From the NCBI GenBank assembly GCA_020184695.1, contig JAANOX010000057.1, positions 1-20,551 on the forward strand: a stretch of DNA of 20,551 bases. The letters are read 5' to 3'. Below, one piece after another: positions 9,161 through 20,232 of this stretch. The stretch is from Histomonas meleagridis 2922-C6/04-290x (lineage: Eukaryota > Protista > Parabasalia). The number at the start of each line of letters is the position of its first letter. Positions within the stretch are counted from its first letter, which is position 1. The notes under the pieces were generated by a model. The model did no database searches and was not told where the DNA came from. It saw only the letters and a list, made by a program, of their open reading frames with translations. Made by a program: the position numbers and the translations under genes.

Positions 9161-9508
9161 ATGCCCAAAAAATATCTCAAAAGATTAGGTAATAAGTCCA
9201 AAAAACCGAGAAAAACATTACGTAGAAGATTAGTAAAACATATTAATAGATCATCAAATAATATTAATAATTCTAATAACAACTCAGCCAGATCAAAAAT
9301 AATGAATAATTTATCTCCTATGCCGATATCTATATCACAAACGCCTCCTAATATTAATTTAGATGCTGTACATAATATGAGAAATAATAATGATATTTTA
9401 CAACAACAGATTAATGATATTAAAAAACAAAAAGAAGCTGAATTAACACGTAAAAAATTATTAGATAAGCAAAAACAGGATATATTATCAGAAACTAAAC
9501 GTAGATGA
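9161..9508 (+). CDS. Basic N-terminal protein (possible DNA-condensing core protein), probably truncated by the retroelement
   Basis: MPKKYLKRLGNKSKKPRKTLRRRLVKH... The ATG at 9161 has an AT-rich leader like its neighbours, so it is preferred over 9125. The ORF ends where retrotransposon coding sequence begins in another frame. Confidence 0.65.
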   Translation: MPKKYLKRLGNKSKKPRKTLRRRLVKHINRSSNNINNSNNNSARSKIMNNLSPMPISISQTPPNINLDAVHNMRNNNDILQQQINDIKKQKEAELTRKKLLDKQKQDILSETKRR

Positions 9509-12500
9509 AGAACCAAATCATCGAGAGCAAAGAATGAAGTATATTGAAAATTCATTAATTAAATATCAAAACGAAATTTCAAAAGAAAGGAATAAGAAAT
9601 ATACACAATTGGTACAAGATATGTATGCAGAAGACCCAAAAAGAGCCATGAGATGGTTCATTACAAATGAACCAACACCAGAATGCAACATTGAATTTGA
9701 GAAAATAGAAAAGCATTTTTAAAGATGAATGGGAATTCCTCCCAAATTTCCAAGAAAACAATATTCCAGATATATTTTGTTTGAATAAAAACTTAGATAA
9801 CAAAAGATGAAAAGAATTACTTAAGCCAATGTTACTAGACAAAGACAAGAATCAAACAAGCAATTATCACAAGGACCAAATTTATCGTGCTGCAGGTCCA
9901 GATGGTATTTCTAATACCATTTGGAAAATCAAAATTAATATTACAGTCAAAATTAATCAGAAACATAATTAAACAAATAAGGTAGATTCAAGAAAATTCC
10001 AGAATTATGGAAAATATCAAGGAACTATATTGTTATTTAAGAAGAATGAATCCAGATGAAATCATCAATTGGAGACCAATCTCAACATCTCCAACTATAC
10101 TAGAATTATGATGTGTGCCACTTTGCACGATGCATGTCAAGATCTACATGTTTCTTCGCCATCTCATAAGTTCAGTACAAAAAGGTTTCAAAACCAATAT
10201 CAATGGGATAACTGAACATATTACGAATATATATGAAAATAATTGCACAATCAGTGAGGTCAAAAGATCCGATTTATATTACAGCATTCGATTTTCTGCC
10301 AAAAGCCTTCTGATTCAGTCTCACAAGCTTATTACTTGGTCATTAAATCAATTAGGATTCTGAGATGTACTTTTATCAAATTAATAAAAGACTTATATAC
10401 AGATACCAAAACAAGGAATAGAACTAAGAGATAAAACCTTCAGATTGGATTAACATCAGCTAGAGGTGTCAGACAAGATTGTACTCTATCACCAACACTA
10501 TTTAATTTATGTCTTGAACCTTTAATTAAAGCAATACGAAATTATAATAGATGGAGGTAATTTATAGAAGATCCAATGAGAGTAGAAATGAATTTTTCTT
10601 TTTAATATTCAAGCTTTCATGCAGATGATGTTATGTGATTTCTAATACACAAGATGGAATGCAAAATATAGCTTAAAACAGTAGAAGAATTTTTGTAAAA
10701 TAAACTTAAAATAAGCTTCACAAAAATGCAAAACTATATCTTATATAAATTTTAATAATAAAAGACCAACGTTGAAATGAAAACTTTACTAGTAATAATA
10801 AAGAAATACCAAATCATCCATTAATGGAATATATAGAATATTTAGGTGCACCAATAGCAATAAACCTGTAAAAGTACAAACTATTCTCAAACTAAAATCA
10901 ATAAAATTAAATCAAAGAAACTCATACAAGTAATTAATTCTCCTTTAAAGTTAATCAAATAACAGATACAATGAAAAAGATATAATTACTCCTCAATTAG
11001 ATTTTAAAGAAATGTTAAATGGTTTATGCTCTATTAAAGAACTTACTTGATGAATTTATTATAGGTTCAATAAATCAAAAATTAAATAAAAAAGGTGTAC
11101 AAAAAGATGTATTTTATACACATTATAAAGAAGTGAGGCTTTAAGTTTACTGTCTAAAGAAAAGATATTTTCATGTATTACACGATAAGAACATTTACAG
11201 GTTTATTATTATCAAAAGATATATAAACATTAGGAATTTTATTAGATGTCGACAATGTACAAAGAATTAGATTTCAGGAAAATTAAAGTCAATGAAAACT
11301 CACCTTATTTTGGAATTCCATTTGATGAAAAGGGTCAAATCATACAAAATTCATATAGTAAAACAAATAGTACATTTTGTAGAGCAACAAAATCATTATA
11401 TAACTTAAAAGTAGGTTCTAAGCCAAATTTAGAAGAAAACAATCGTATTATTTATCAAATTAAAAACAAAGAAAATGAAGAAGAATAAGAAGAAACAGAA
11501 GAATGTATTAATGAAAAAGATATCACAAAATATCCAAATAAAATGACACGAAAGAAACATGCAGATAACCTTAAGAAGTTATTATTTAAAGCACATACTT
11601 TTGCACAATAGATAAATCAGCTGACTCAAATTTCTTTCTATCTGATTTTAGAGCACCAACAAGTAATAATATCATTAAATTCGCAATTCTAGCAAGATGT
11701 AATAATTTACCGACAAATGAAATCCTAAATAACAATAATTTAAATATAAATTCTAAATGTAATAGATGTAACTTAAATCAAAATGATTCATTGATGCATA
11801 GAATTAATGATTGCATTAAAATTGAAAATATAACTACTAAAAGACATAATGCAATAGTAGAAGAAATAATCAAAAAAATCAAAGAAAATAATTATAAAGG
11901 TAATAATATCATATTTAATGAAAACACAGGAGTAATTGATAGAAATCACAAAACAATCGGAACATTCAAGCCTGACATTTGGTATATAAATAACAATAGA
12001 TTAACAATAATCGAAGTCAATTCCCCTTATGGTACAATTAGAAATCTTGATGACAATCCAGAATCTACTTCAGTAATCAGAATAAAAAAAAAACAAAATA
12101 AATATAAAGAGAATATAGAGTTATGCAAAAATAGACTTAATATATATAAGTCGACCTTTATATCATCATTATTTCATCACTAGGTATTATACCAAACTAC
12201 TAAAGATTCAAAAAGATTATTTAATGGAAATAAAAGGTTGATACATTTAGTTTTTAAAAAATGTGTTATTGCAGCACTGTAAGAATCAATGTTGATATTC
12301 TATAAGATATACGAGAAAGACAAAAATAAAAATAAGAATACTAACAATAATTTAAACATTAATTTAGAGAGAGAAGAAGAAGATTTTAATGTTATAGATG
12401 AAGATAATCATAATCCTGAAGAAGAAGATGAAGAAAAATCAGAAGAAGTACTATTCTCAGATTTTTTCTCTAATTCAGAACCTTTAGATATGAACGAAGA

Positions 12501-12591
12501 AGAAAGTGAAGGATTTGTTATATTTACATCAAAAAAAGCAGAAAATAAGTATAACAAACCCGTAAAAAAGGGAACAAACAAAAATCTATAA
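9500..12591 (+). mobile_element. 5'-truncated, decayed non-LTR retrotransposon of the RLE type (R2/R4/NeSL-like): RT, CCHC knuckle, restriction-like endonuclease
   Basis: RT motifs across shifting frames: AAGPDGISN (~9889), WRPIS (10070), QKGF (10178), AFDF..KAFDSVSH (10284-10325, with indels), RGVRQDCTLSPTLFNL (10462), A(F)ADD (~10612-10628) and EYLGA (~10837). The knuckle is CNRC-x9-H-x4-C from 11758, followed by RHNAIV, KPDI (~11968) and IIEVNSPYG. There are many stops and frameshifts. The 5' boundary is approximate. Confidence 0.92.
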
Positions 12592-13293
12592 TAGAAGAAA
12601 AAATCTGTATCATAATAGATAAAAACAAAGCAAGGAAGAATGAAGATAACTGGATGAAGATGAACTCAATATATAGAGGAAAAAGTATTGATGAATTACG
12701 TAAACGTATGAGAGTTGAACACCCGTCTAGACTGTTACAATACGCGATTGATAAGAAGAAGAAAGCAGAAATTATTGAAGATTCTACTATTAGACAGAAT
12801 AAGAAGATCGGAAAAGTGACACAAACTGTTAAAACGGTTTCGACCACCTCAGAGGTCAATCATAATATGGATCATAATAGTGGGATCAACCTACCATAAT
12901 TTAAGACGGACGCGTCATTATACAATACATACTCATCCCAATGAGCGCTAACATACGTAAATAAACACCAAATTCCAGCAGCGCGGATGGATTTTTTATT
13001 TTTTCACCTGAGCAACTTAGAGAGGGAAAAAGTGCACCAATGGATAGAGCTCCCGGAAAGAAGCAGAACCATATAAGTTCCGATGATTTTCGGAGAATCT
13101 CGGAACATATCAGATTATCTCTCCGAAATATGCAACAAAACTCAAAACAAGAAACATCAGGAGACTCAAGACCCAGAATAGAACACAGTGATACCTTTTT
13201 TAAAGTACAAAGACCATTTTTTGAGTCCGGCCATCCTGATCGATCAGATGCAGAAGAAAGTTCAACGGAGGACACAACAAGCAACACAGAACT
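12592..13293. other. GC-richer segment of unknown origin between the retroelement and the capsid ATG
   Basis: Visibly higher G+C and CpG content than the viral genes. It holds short unrelated ORFs (12654-12899, 13040-13309) and has no poly(A) tail. Confidence 0.55.
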
Positions 13294-14889
13294 ATGTCAG
13301 GAAATTTAGAAGATTGGTATAACGCAGTAGATGATTGTTTAAAATTATCAGAAATTATACCTGGAAATTATGAATACACTACAGCAACTTCTTACGGCAA
13401 TGTAGGTGATATTAATGAAGGTGATACTACATATGTCGATATTGCTACTGATAGATTTAAAATTATTAGTTTAGATAATTCATATATTACTTTAAAACAA
13501 ACTGTTAAAATAACAGTTCCTGATCAAACAAATTTATTATTTAAAGAATATTATATTGGTTATAAGTGTTCTTGTAATGCTATTGATCAATACAGAATTT
13601 ATAGTAATACTGATAAAATACAAGATATTCATAATGCTAGGTACGAATGTTTTATGTTTTATAACAGTTTATCTGATGAAGCTAAGTCCGGTAATGATTG
13701 TTTTGCAACAATTGATAAAATTAGAAATCATGATCCAATGGTACCGGGTGTTTATGTTGATTTATCAGCAATAAATGCTGCCAAGGAAATTACTGTTGAA
13801 ATACCTTTACGTATACCGTTATCTTATTTCTTATTATTATTTAATATGAAATATTATCCTAATTGGGCAGGAAAACTATCTATAGAATTAATGCCTTCCT
13901 ATCAAAATTTAGTTATAGCGCCAATACCTAATTATGATAATATTTTGTTAAAAAATGATGATAGCGATAATGATAAGAGAGAATATTATATTGATATTCG
14001 AGATATTATTAATAGCGGTGACGTAGACTTAGGATTTCGTAATATAAATGAAACTGTATATAATAATATCAAAGAAACTGATTCATCTGGATCATATACA
14101 TATGCTAAACAACAACAACAATTCATATGTAATACACAAACAACTAAAGATATTAAAATTAAATTAGCAGAATATTTATTAAAAATGGATGTATTTAACG
14201 CATTAGCTGCTAAATATATACAAGTACCGTTATTATTTCCTATACATATATGTCAAGTAAGAGATTTCACACAAGAATTTATAGACGATAAATCATCAAT
14301 AGATACAGCTGCTACAATCGGAATCAGACATTGTGATACATTATTTACAGTATTTCGCGTAAATCAATATTCTAGAACATGTTTTCTAAATCCACATATC
14401 AGTTACAGATTTAATATTGACGGTAAAATGTATCCACGAGAAGACTACACAACAGTAGATGATGCTAAAAATATTAATATGTTATTAGATAGTGTTAACT
14501 TAAATGGTAGTTTATTAAGCAGTCTTAATGAAGATTTAAAAACATCAATACAACCGTATTATTACAAAAATACTTATAATGCTTCTGGAGTAAAAACTAC
14601 AACAAGAATTTGGCACGGTAAAGATAATAGTAATTTCTTTATAGGATTACCTTTTGCTGAAGGAGAAGATTTCCAAGGAGGCATTTCAACAACAGGTACT
14701 ATACAAATAGAACTTCACGGAAATCGTGTAAATACAACTGATTATTTAGCTACAAGTGCAAATGCATCACCTGTAGGTATATATTTTGAAGATGCTATAT
14801 TAAAAATACGTTCTGTAAAACCAGAAGGAAGATCACAAATTGAAATTACTAATGCATCTGTAGAACAAGTTATTAACGGATTACGTTAA
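13294..14889 (+). CDS. Putative major capsid protein (double jelly-roll)
   Basis: Intact 531-aa ORF with beta-strand-like alternating hydrophobic patterns. Size and position next to the penton-like and ATPase genes fit a Polinton MCP. There is no diagnostic short motif, so the call rests on context. Confidence 0.75.
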   Translation: MSGNLEDWYNAVDDCLKLSEIIPGNYEYTTATSYGNVGDINEGDTTYVDIATDRFKIISLDNSYITLKQTVKITVPDQTNLLFKEYYIGYKCSCNAIDQYRIYSNTDKIQDIHNARYECFMFYNSLSDEAKSGNDCFATIDKIRNHDPMVPGVYVDLSAINAAKEITVEIPLRIPLSYFLLLFNMKYYPNWAGKLSIELMPSYQNLVIAPIPNYDNILLKNDDSDNDKREYYIDIRDIINSGDVDLGFRNINETVYNNIKETDSSGSYTYAKQQQQFICNTQTTKDIKIKLAEYLLKMDVFNALAAKYIQVPLLFPIHICQVRDFTQEFIDDKSSIDTAATIGIRHCDTLFTVFRVNQYSRTCFLNPHISYRFNIDGKMYPREDYTTVDDAKNINMLLDSVNLNGSLLSSLNEDLKTSIQPYYYKNTYNASGVKTTTRIWHGKDNSNFFIGLPFAEGEDFQGGISTTGTIQIELHGNRVNTTDYLATSANASPVGIYFEDAILKIRSVKPEGRSQIEITNASVEQVINGLR

Positions 14890-14927
14890 AAATAATATAT
14901 ATAAATATAATATATATTATTAAATAT

Positions 14928-15731
14928 TTATTTTTGTTTGTCTATATTTTCATCAGATGCTGTTATAAGTAAATTACTGTTTTTAATATCTTCATCAATG
15001 TCTTCATCAGGTATTGGTCTTATAGATATTGTTATATACATAGGTGATAATAAATGAACTTCTTGCATATTAGCGTCAACTAATTTTAATTCTAAATGTG
15101 ACAAATCACTGCTGTTAATCAATACTTCAAAGTCAGCATTATTAACAATAATAGGATAATTATTACTAAAAGAATTATCAATTCTGAGTATTATTTTTGA
15201 TATATTGATGTTTTCATTTAAATTTCTATAACTACTTTTACCTAAATTACTTACTATATATAATACAGGTGTTGATAAATAATTCCCTACAGAATCACAT
15301 AATATTTCATATTTATTAGTTTCTGTATTTAAATAAGTTGATGTTAAAGGTAAATTTGTATTGTATAAACCTGTTAATTGTTTTATATTATAACTCATAT
15401 CATTTACAGTAAATTCATTACCGCTAATAAATATCAGTCTATTAGCAGAATCAGTCTCAACAATAACATTACTTTTTGTAATTAAACTTGTTAATAAACT
15501 TGCGAAACTTGTATAATTTACATCAGTATACTGTGTGTTAAAAATATATTTTGTATTATTGATTGTTATATAATCATCTTTTTCAATGACTACTATATTA
15601 CAATGAGTTGTTAATGATGTAATTATCATTTTAGCAAATCTTGTATAAGGTAATGGTAAATTAACATTAATTCTGTTATAATGATTACTATCATATGATG
15701 AAATTATATAATCAATTATTTCATTAAACAT
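14928..15731 (-). CDS. Putative minor capsid protein (penton, single jelly-roll)
   Basis: Intact 267-aa ORF. The C-terminus LELKLVDANMQEVHLLSPMYITISI resembles the terminal strands of Polinton pentons, and the gene is adjacent to the MCP. Confidence 0.68.
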   Translation of the reverse strand: MFNEIIDYIISSYDSNHYNRINVNLPLPYTRFAKMIITSLTTHCNIVVIEKDDYITINNTKYIFNTQYTDVNYTSFASLLTSLITKSNVIVETDSANRLIFISGNEFTVNDMSYNIKQLTGLYNTNLPLTSTYLNTETNKYEILCDSVGNYLSTPVLYIVSNLGKSSYRNLNENINISKIILRIDNSFSNNYPIIVNNADFEVLINSSDLSHLELKLVDANMQEVHLLSPMYITISIRPIPDEDIDEDIKNSNLLITASDENIDKQK

Positions 15732-15907
15732 TGTATTTTATTTTTATAAAAATAATGATATTTGAACTATATATATGTATTATATCAACAATTTATGTAA
15801 TCAATTCTGTAATAAATACATTTATAAAAATATATAATATTGATATTTATAATGAGGAAGAAGAAGAAATTCCTGATAATATAAAGAAATCATTATATTG
15901 TTAAAGT

Positions 15908-16804
15908 TTATTTTTCAACATTAGACAATGTAATAGTTATTTTTTTGGCTTTTATGTATATATTAAATCTACTGTGTTGATCTCTAATTTTAGAATACTC
16001 ATTCCATAACTTATCTACGTCAAAACAACTTGCAGGTGATTCTTTAATCAAATAATAAAAGTCTTCTTTAGAGATACCTGGAAATAATACTATATCAGAT
16101 AATGTTCTTTTTAAATCTTTTGGTATTGATTTTACTGTTTGTACACATACAATAACATTAATATTGAAATGTCTTAATTTTTTCAATAATCTCATTAAAT
16201 CAGTCTCTTTATTTTTTAATAACACGTGATTTGCAAAATCATCTAATATTAATAACATTCTGTGAGGATATGTTTTCCAATTGTAATAAGCTAATTTTAA
16301 TGATATATATTTCAATCTCTTTTCTTTTGAATTTAATCAATGTTTAAAAAAAACTTTTTCTAATTACTCATTAATATCTTTAAAATTACTGTTAATATAT
16401 TTCATTATTGAGTTATATTTTAAAATACGCCTCATATATTTGTTTAAGAAATCTAATAAATCGTTATCAGATATCGCTATAAGTTTACTGTTTTTAATTA
16501 ATATTTTGAAAGAATTTACTGTTTCATCAAACTTATTACTAGTAGAACATATACATATTAACTCATAAAAAGGTTCATTAAATAATACTTCTTGTTGAGC
16601 TACTAATTTTAAATAAGTATAACTTTTACCGCTTCCCATAGGAGCAATAAATGCACAAATACCGTTCTGAGAAAATGGATATTTTTCATGTATAGGTTTT
16701 ATTAAAGCATTATCTAATAATACTTTATTTTTGTTACTAATCTTATTAAAATTGTTATCTATTTCCTTGAATTTTTTGTCAATAGATTCATATTTACGCA
16801 TCAT
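15908..16804 (-). pseudogene. A32/FtsK-HerA type genome packaging ATPase interrupted by two in-frame stops
   Basis: Walker A APMGSGKS lies in 16364-16804. Walker B LLILDD and LRHFNINVIVCVQ lie in 15908-16315. Both ORFs share a frame, with TAA at 16364-16366 and TGA at 16337-16339 between them. Confidence 0.9.
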
Positions 16805-16866
16805 TTTATTAAAAATAAAAACACATCATATTTTAAATTGTTTTAATATTTTTTCCTCATATAAAT

Positions 16867-17337
16867 ATGGAATCATTTAAAAGTTATTTGTTAAGTGATT
16901 TTGAAAGTCTTAATTATAAAGCAGTAGATATTAAATTTAAACACTCTGAGAAACCAGGTATCGATAAGAAAACTAAAGAACCTTATATTCGTCACAGTAT
17001 ATTAGTAAATATGAAGTTTTATAATCAAAACCTCAAATTATTAAGTGCTGTTAATATTAAATTTATTAATGATAAATTAGCTCCTGTAAGTGCTAAAAAA
17101 TTAAAGAACATATCACCAGATGAGCTCAATAATAAATTTATTGATGCTAAACAACATATTGTAAGTGAAATATGTAATGACATACAAAATAAAATTGAAC
17201 ATTTAACGTCAAAAATAAATTCTATTAACAATTATTGTCAAACATCTAATATCACATCTAATAAAACATCTAATAATGACCTCGAAAATGATGATATTAT
17301 TAAACCCACAAAATCTAAGAAGAAATTTGATATGTAA
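16867..17337 (+). CDS. Hypothetical protein
   Basis: Intact 156-aa ORF filling the gap between the ATPase and PolB genes; no motif recognised. Confidence 0.7.
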   Translation: MESFKSYLLSDFESLNYKAVDIKFKHSEKPGIDKKTKEPYIRHSILVNMKFYNQNLKLLSAVNIKFINDKLAPVSAKKLKNISPDELNNKFIDAKQHIVSEICNDIQNKIEHLTSKINSINNYCQTSNITSNKTSNNDLENDDIIKPTKSKKKFDM

Positions 17338-17406
17338 AAATGAACAAAAATAAAATAATATTATTTTTAATGACTTAATTCAAGGTTATATAATAACCCG
17401 CTGTCA

Positions 17407-19555
17407 TTACATGACGCTCAATGTTTTTACAGGATCTTTACTATTAAAACATTTATTTTTATACTTATTATTAACGTGATATATATATTCATTATTAATA
17501 TTTTTACCGATCCAATTATCAGCTGATTTAATATATATTTCCTTGAATATGTGTTCAATCTTAAACTGTCCTAATTTATCACCAATATATCCTAAATCCA
17601 ATAATTTGTTATAATCTTCTTCAGATATTAATAAAGAATCAACTTTAGAATAATATACATTAGATATTAAACTTTTAATATGATTCATTTTATCATTAAA
17701 ATTATTTAATACTGATCTTGCAAATTGTGGATAAGTAAAGTGTTCTCTATAAGGTTTTATTGTATAAACATAATTATTGGTATCATATTTAATAACGTAA
17801 GGTGCAAATTCTTCGATATATTTATCAACGCTGGCATCAGTCTTTAATTTTTTATTAAAATTAGGAGGTTTTCTAATAGACATTCCCCAACAACTATTCA
17901 TCATAAATTTCAATGTAGTAGATAATTTATTATTGTTATTATTTTTGGCATTCATTCTTAAATTATATAATATTTCAATAAGTTCTTTTATCTTAGTATT
18001 TTGACCTTTAAAATTACAGTTATTATCAGGTTTACCTATAGGTATTGATATTACAGATGACATATATGCTCCGTTTAAATCTATATAATAATACTTTCCT
18101 GTTAAATGTATTTGTTGCCATATAGTCTTAGGAAATATACATTCATTACGTATTTTATTAGCAATATCACCTGATAACTCATATACATTATCAAAACAAC
18201 CGTATTCATACATTATTTTTAACATTAAATCACTGTATCTGTAATAAGCTTTAACATTAATTTTTAAACCTAAATTATTAATAATATTTTGTAATTCATT
18301 TAACCTGTAGTTAACTTCATTATCATCAATATTATACCCAAATAATTTCTTACCGTGTTTCATTCTTTTAACAAAATCAGGTATATATTTTTTATCAGAA
18401 ATATTTATTAATCTATAGCTGTTATAAGGTTTATTAATAGTTTTATAACTCCAACACAATTTATTATAAGTATTAATATCCATAGGTTTTAATAGATTGC
18501 ATTGTTTCATAGTATTAATTAAATAATATACAGATATAGGTTTAGAAGCAAGTTCTATTGTTTTATTTTTATCATAATTTTTAATACTTTCAATTGATAT
18601 ATTAACACTTTCGTTTAACATATAATGATTATCTATAATGATTAATTTTATAGTTTTATTATATTGTTTACCGTAATCTCTGTGAGTAAAATCTTTGTTA
18701 GCCATATATCTGACATTAATATGTACTTTTAATAAATCTGATATATTATTTAATTCTGATAAAGGAACTGTTCTAGTATTTATAAAAGATCTTAACATAT
18801 TAATCTCATTATCTGTAAATAAATTACTTGCAATAAATGATTGTATCAAACAAGATTCATTAATATGTTCATTATTGATATTGTTGAAAATACCATATTT
18901 TGTAAGATCTATATCAGTAGTATTAATATAAGGAAAGAATCCTGGATTAACTCTTTTACCGTTTTTCAGATCTTTGAACTCAAATTTTATAGATTTAATA
19001 TTTTTAAAGGTTTCTAATGCTAAAGTATTACTGTCACTAATATCATCTTTTTCATTAATTATATTATATAAGAAATTAACTGTGTTCATATTTCCATGAT
19101 AATAAGATATATTATTATTATCGTCAATAATTGTCATCCTAATATCTTTATTTAATTTTTGATCCAGATGATTTAATAGCATACATTAATGATTTTAACA
19201 TAACATTGTTTTTATTAGAATTCACTGTATGAGTAAAGTCTTTCTGAACCATTAATTTCTTAATTAATTCTTTAGTTATATTGTTAACGAATTTATTATG
19301 TATAGGTTTTTCTACAGGTTCATTATCAGATAATGCTATATTATAATAATCATCAAAGTAATCATATTTACTGCGTTTATTGTGTTTGATTTTATACTGT
19401 AGTTGATTAACTGATAAATGATCATATTTATTATTCATTTCATCATAAACTTTGTATTTGGTTTTAGTATTTATATGTTCAAAATTATCTGGTAATGTAT
19501 AACCGTAATTATTGAACAATTCTATTACTTGTTTTGTTGTTAGCTTTTTAGGCAT
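17407..19555 (-). CDS. polB: Divergent family-B DNA polymerase; the 135-aa ORF 19148-19555 is probably its frameshifted N-terminus
   Basis: Motif A YIDLNGAYMS, motif B KFMMNSCWG, motif C YYSKVDSL, then GDKLGQFKIEH. ORFs 19148-19555 and 17407-19182 overlap and fuse on removing one base near 19151. Confidence 0.8.
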
Positions 19556-19617
19556 ATATATATTATATTAAAATAAAAATAAAATAAATTTTATAAAATT
19601 ATATTTTTAAAGATTGT

Positions 19618-20201
19618 TTACTTATATGTTAATCCTGATGTTGATTTAACAAATTTGAGTGATATTTTACGTTTATCGATAAATTCTATAACATCTGGAA
19701 AACTGTACTTTAAATTATATGTTTCGTTATCCTTTTTGACGTATATTTTGCTAACGTAATCATAAGTATTACTCTTACAACAATATGTATCAGTATCAGC
19801 TTTTAACAGTTCAACTTCATTAGTATCACATAATAATTGCACTAATTTAATCAGCTCATCTTCGTCAGCAATTATATATTTATTAACAATTAACGGATTA
19901 TTTTTCAATAATATCTAAAACATAATACTAATGCTTGAATTAATAAATCTTTGTCGTGAATAATGTTTTGTAAATTATTATTTAAATCATTAGCTGTTTC
20001 GACAGATCTGTTTTGAATGTTTTCGTTATTATCGTTAACGTCATGATATTTAACCTCTATATGATCTACACTCATAGAACGTTCATAAGGATTTACTACG
20101 ACATTAACATTTTGATTTTGTTGCGGACTGTTGATATTTGTATCTACTTTTGCTAAAAAGCCTTTTGAACAAGATAACACTCTTGAATGAGGCACTGACA
20201 T
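19618..20201 (-). pseudogene. Hypothetical protein, probably one gene split into ORFs 19905-20201 and 19618-19908
   Basis: The downstream ORF starts at a TTG. Removing one base from each of two short homopolymers (19901-19905, 19917-19920) gives continuous LVLCLDIIENNPLIVNKY. Confidence 0.55.
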
Positions 20202-20232
20202 ATTTTATTATATGTAAAAATATACTATTGTA

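Noticed and set aside
9489-13296. CAGA(A)ACTA at both retroelement junctions as a target-site duplication
   Set aside because: Short, imperfect and A-rich, and the junctions cannot be fixed without an empty site.
12990-13320. Weak Ty3/gypsy gag-like pattern (HLSNLEREKVHQWIELPE...) in one frame
   Set aside because: Interrupted by stops and based on only a few residues; needs a profile search.
6981-16366. Alternative genetic code or programmed read-through explaining in-frame TGA/TAA
   Set aside because: Both TAA and TGA would need reassignment, yet TAA terminates the intact genes and Trp is encoded by TGG. Point mutation is simpler.
8139-18931. Antisense or alternate-frame ORFs (8139-8360, 8434-8685, 8919-9110, 9148-9555, 9579-9848, 12524-12859, 12901-13287, 13556-13774, 17025-17231, 18695-18931)
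   Set aside because: Shadow frames of better-supported genes or of repeats; no independent motifs.
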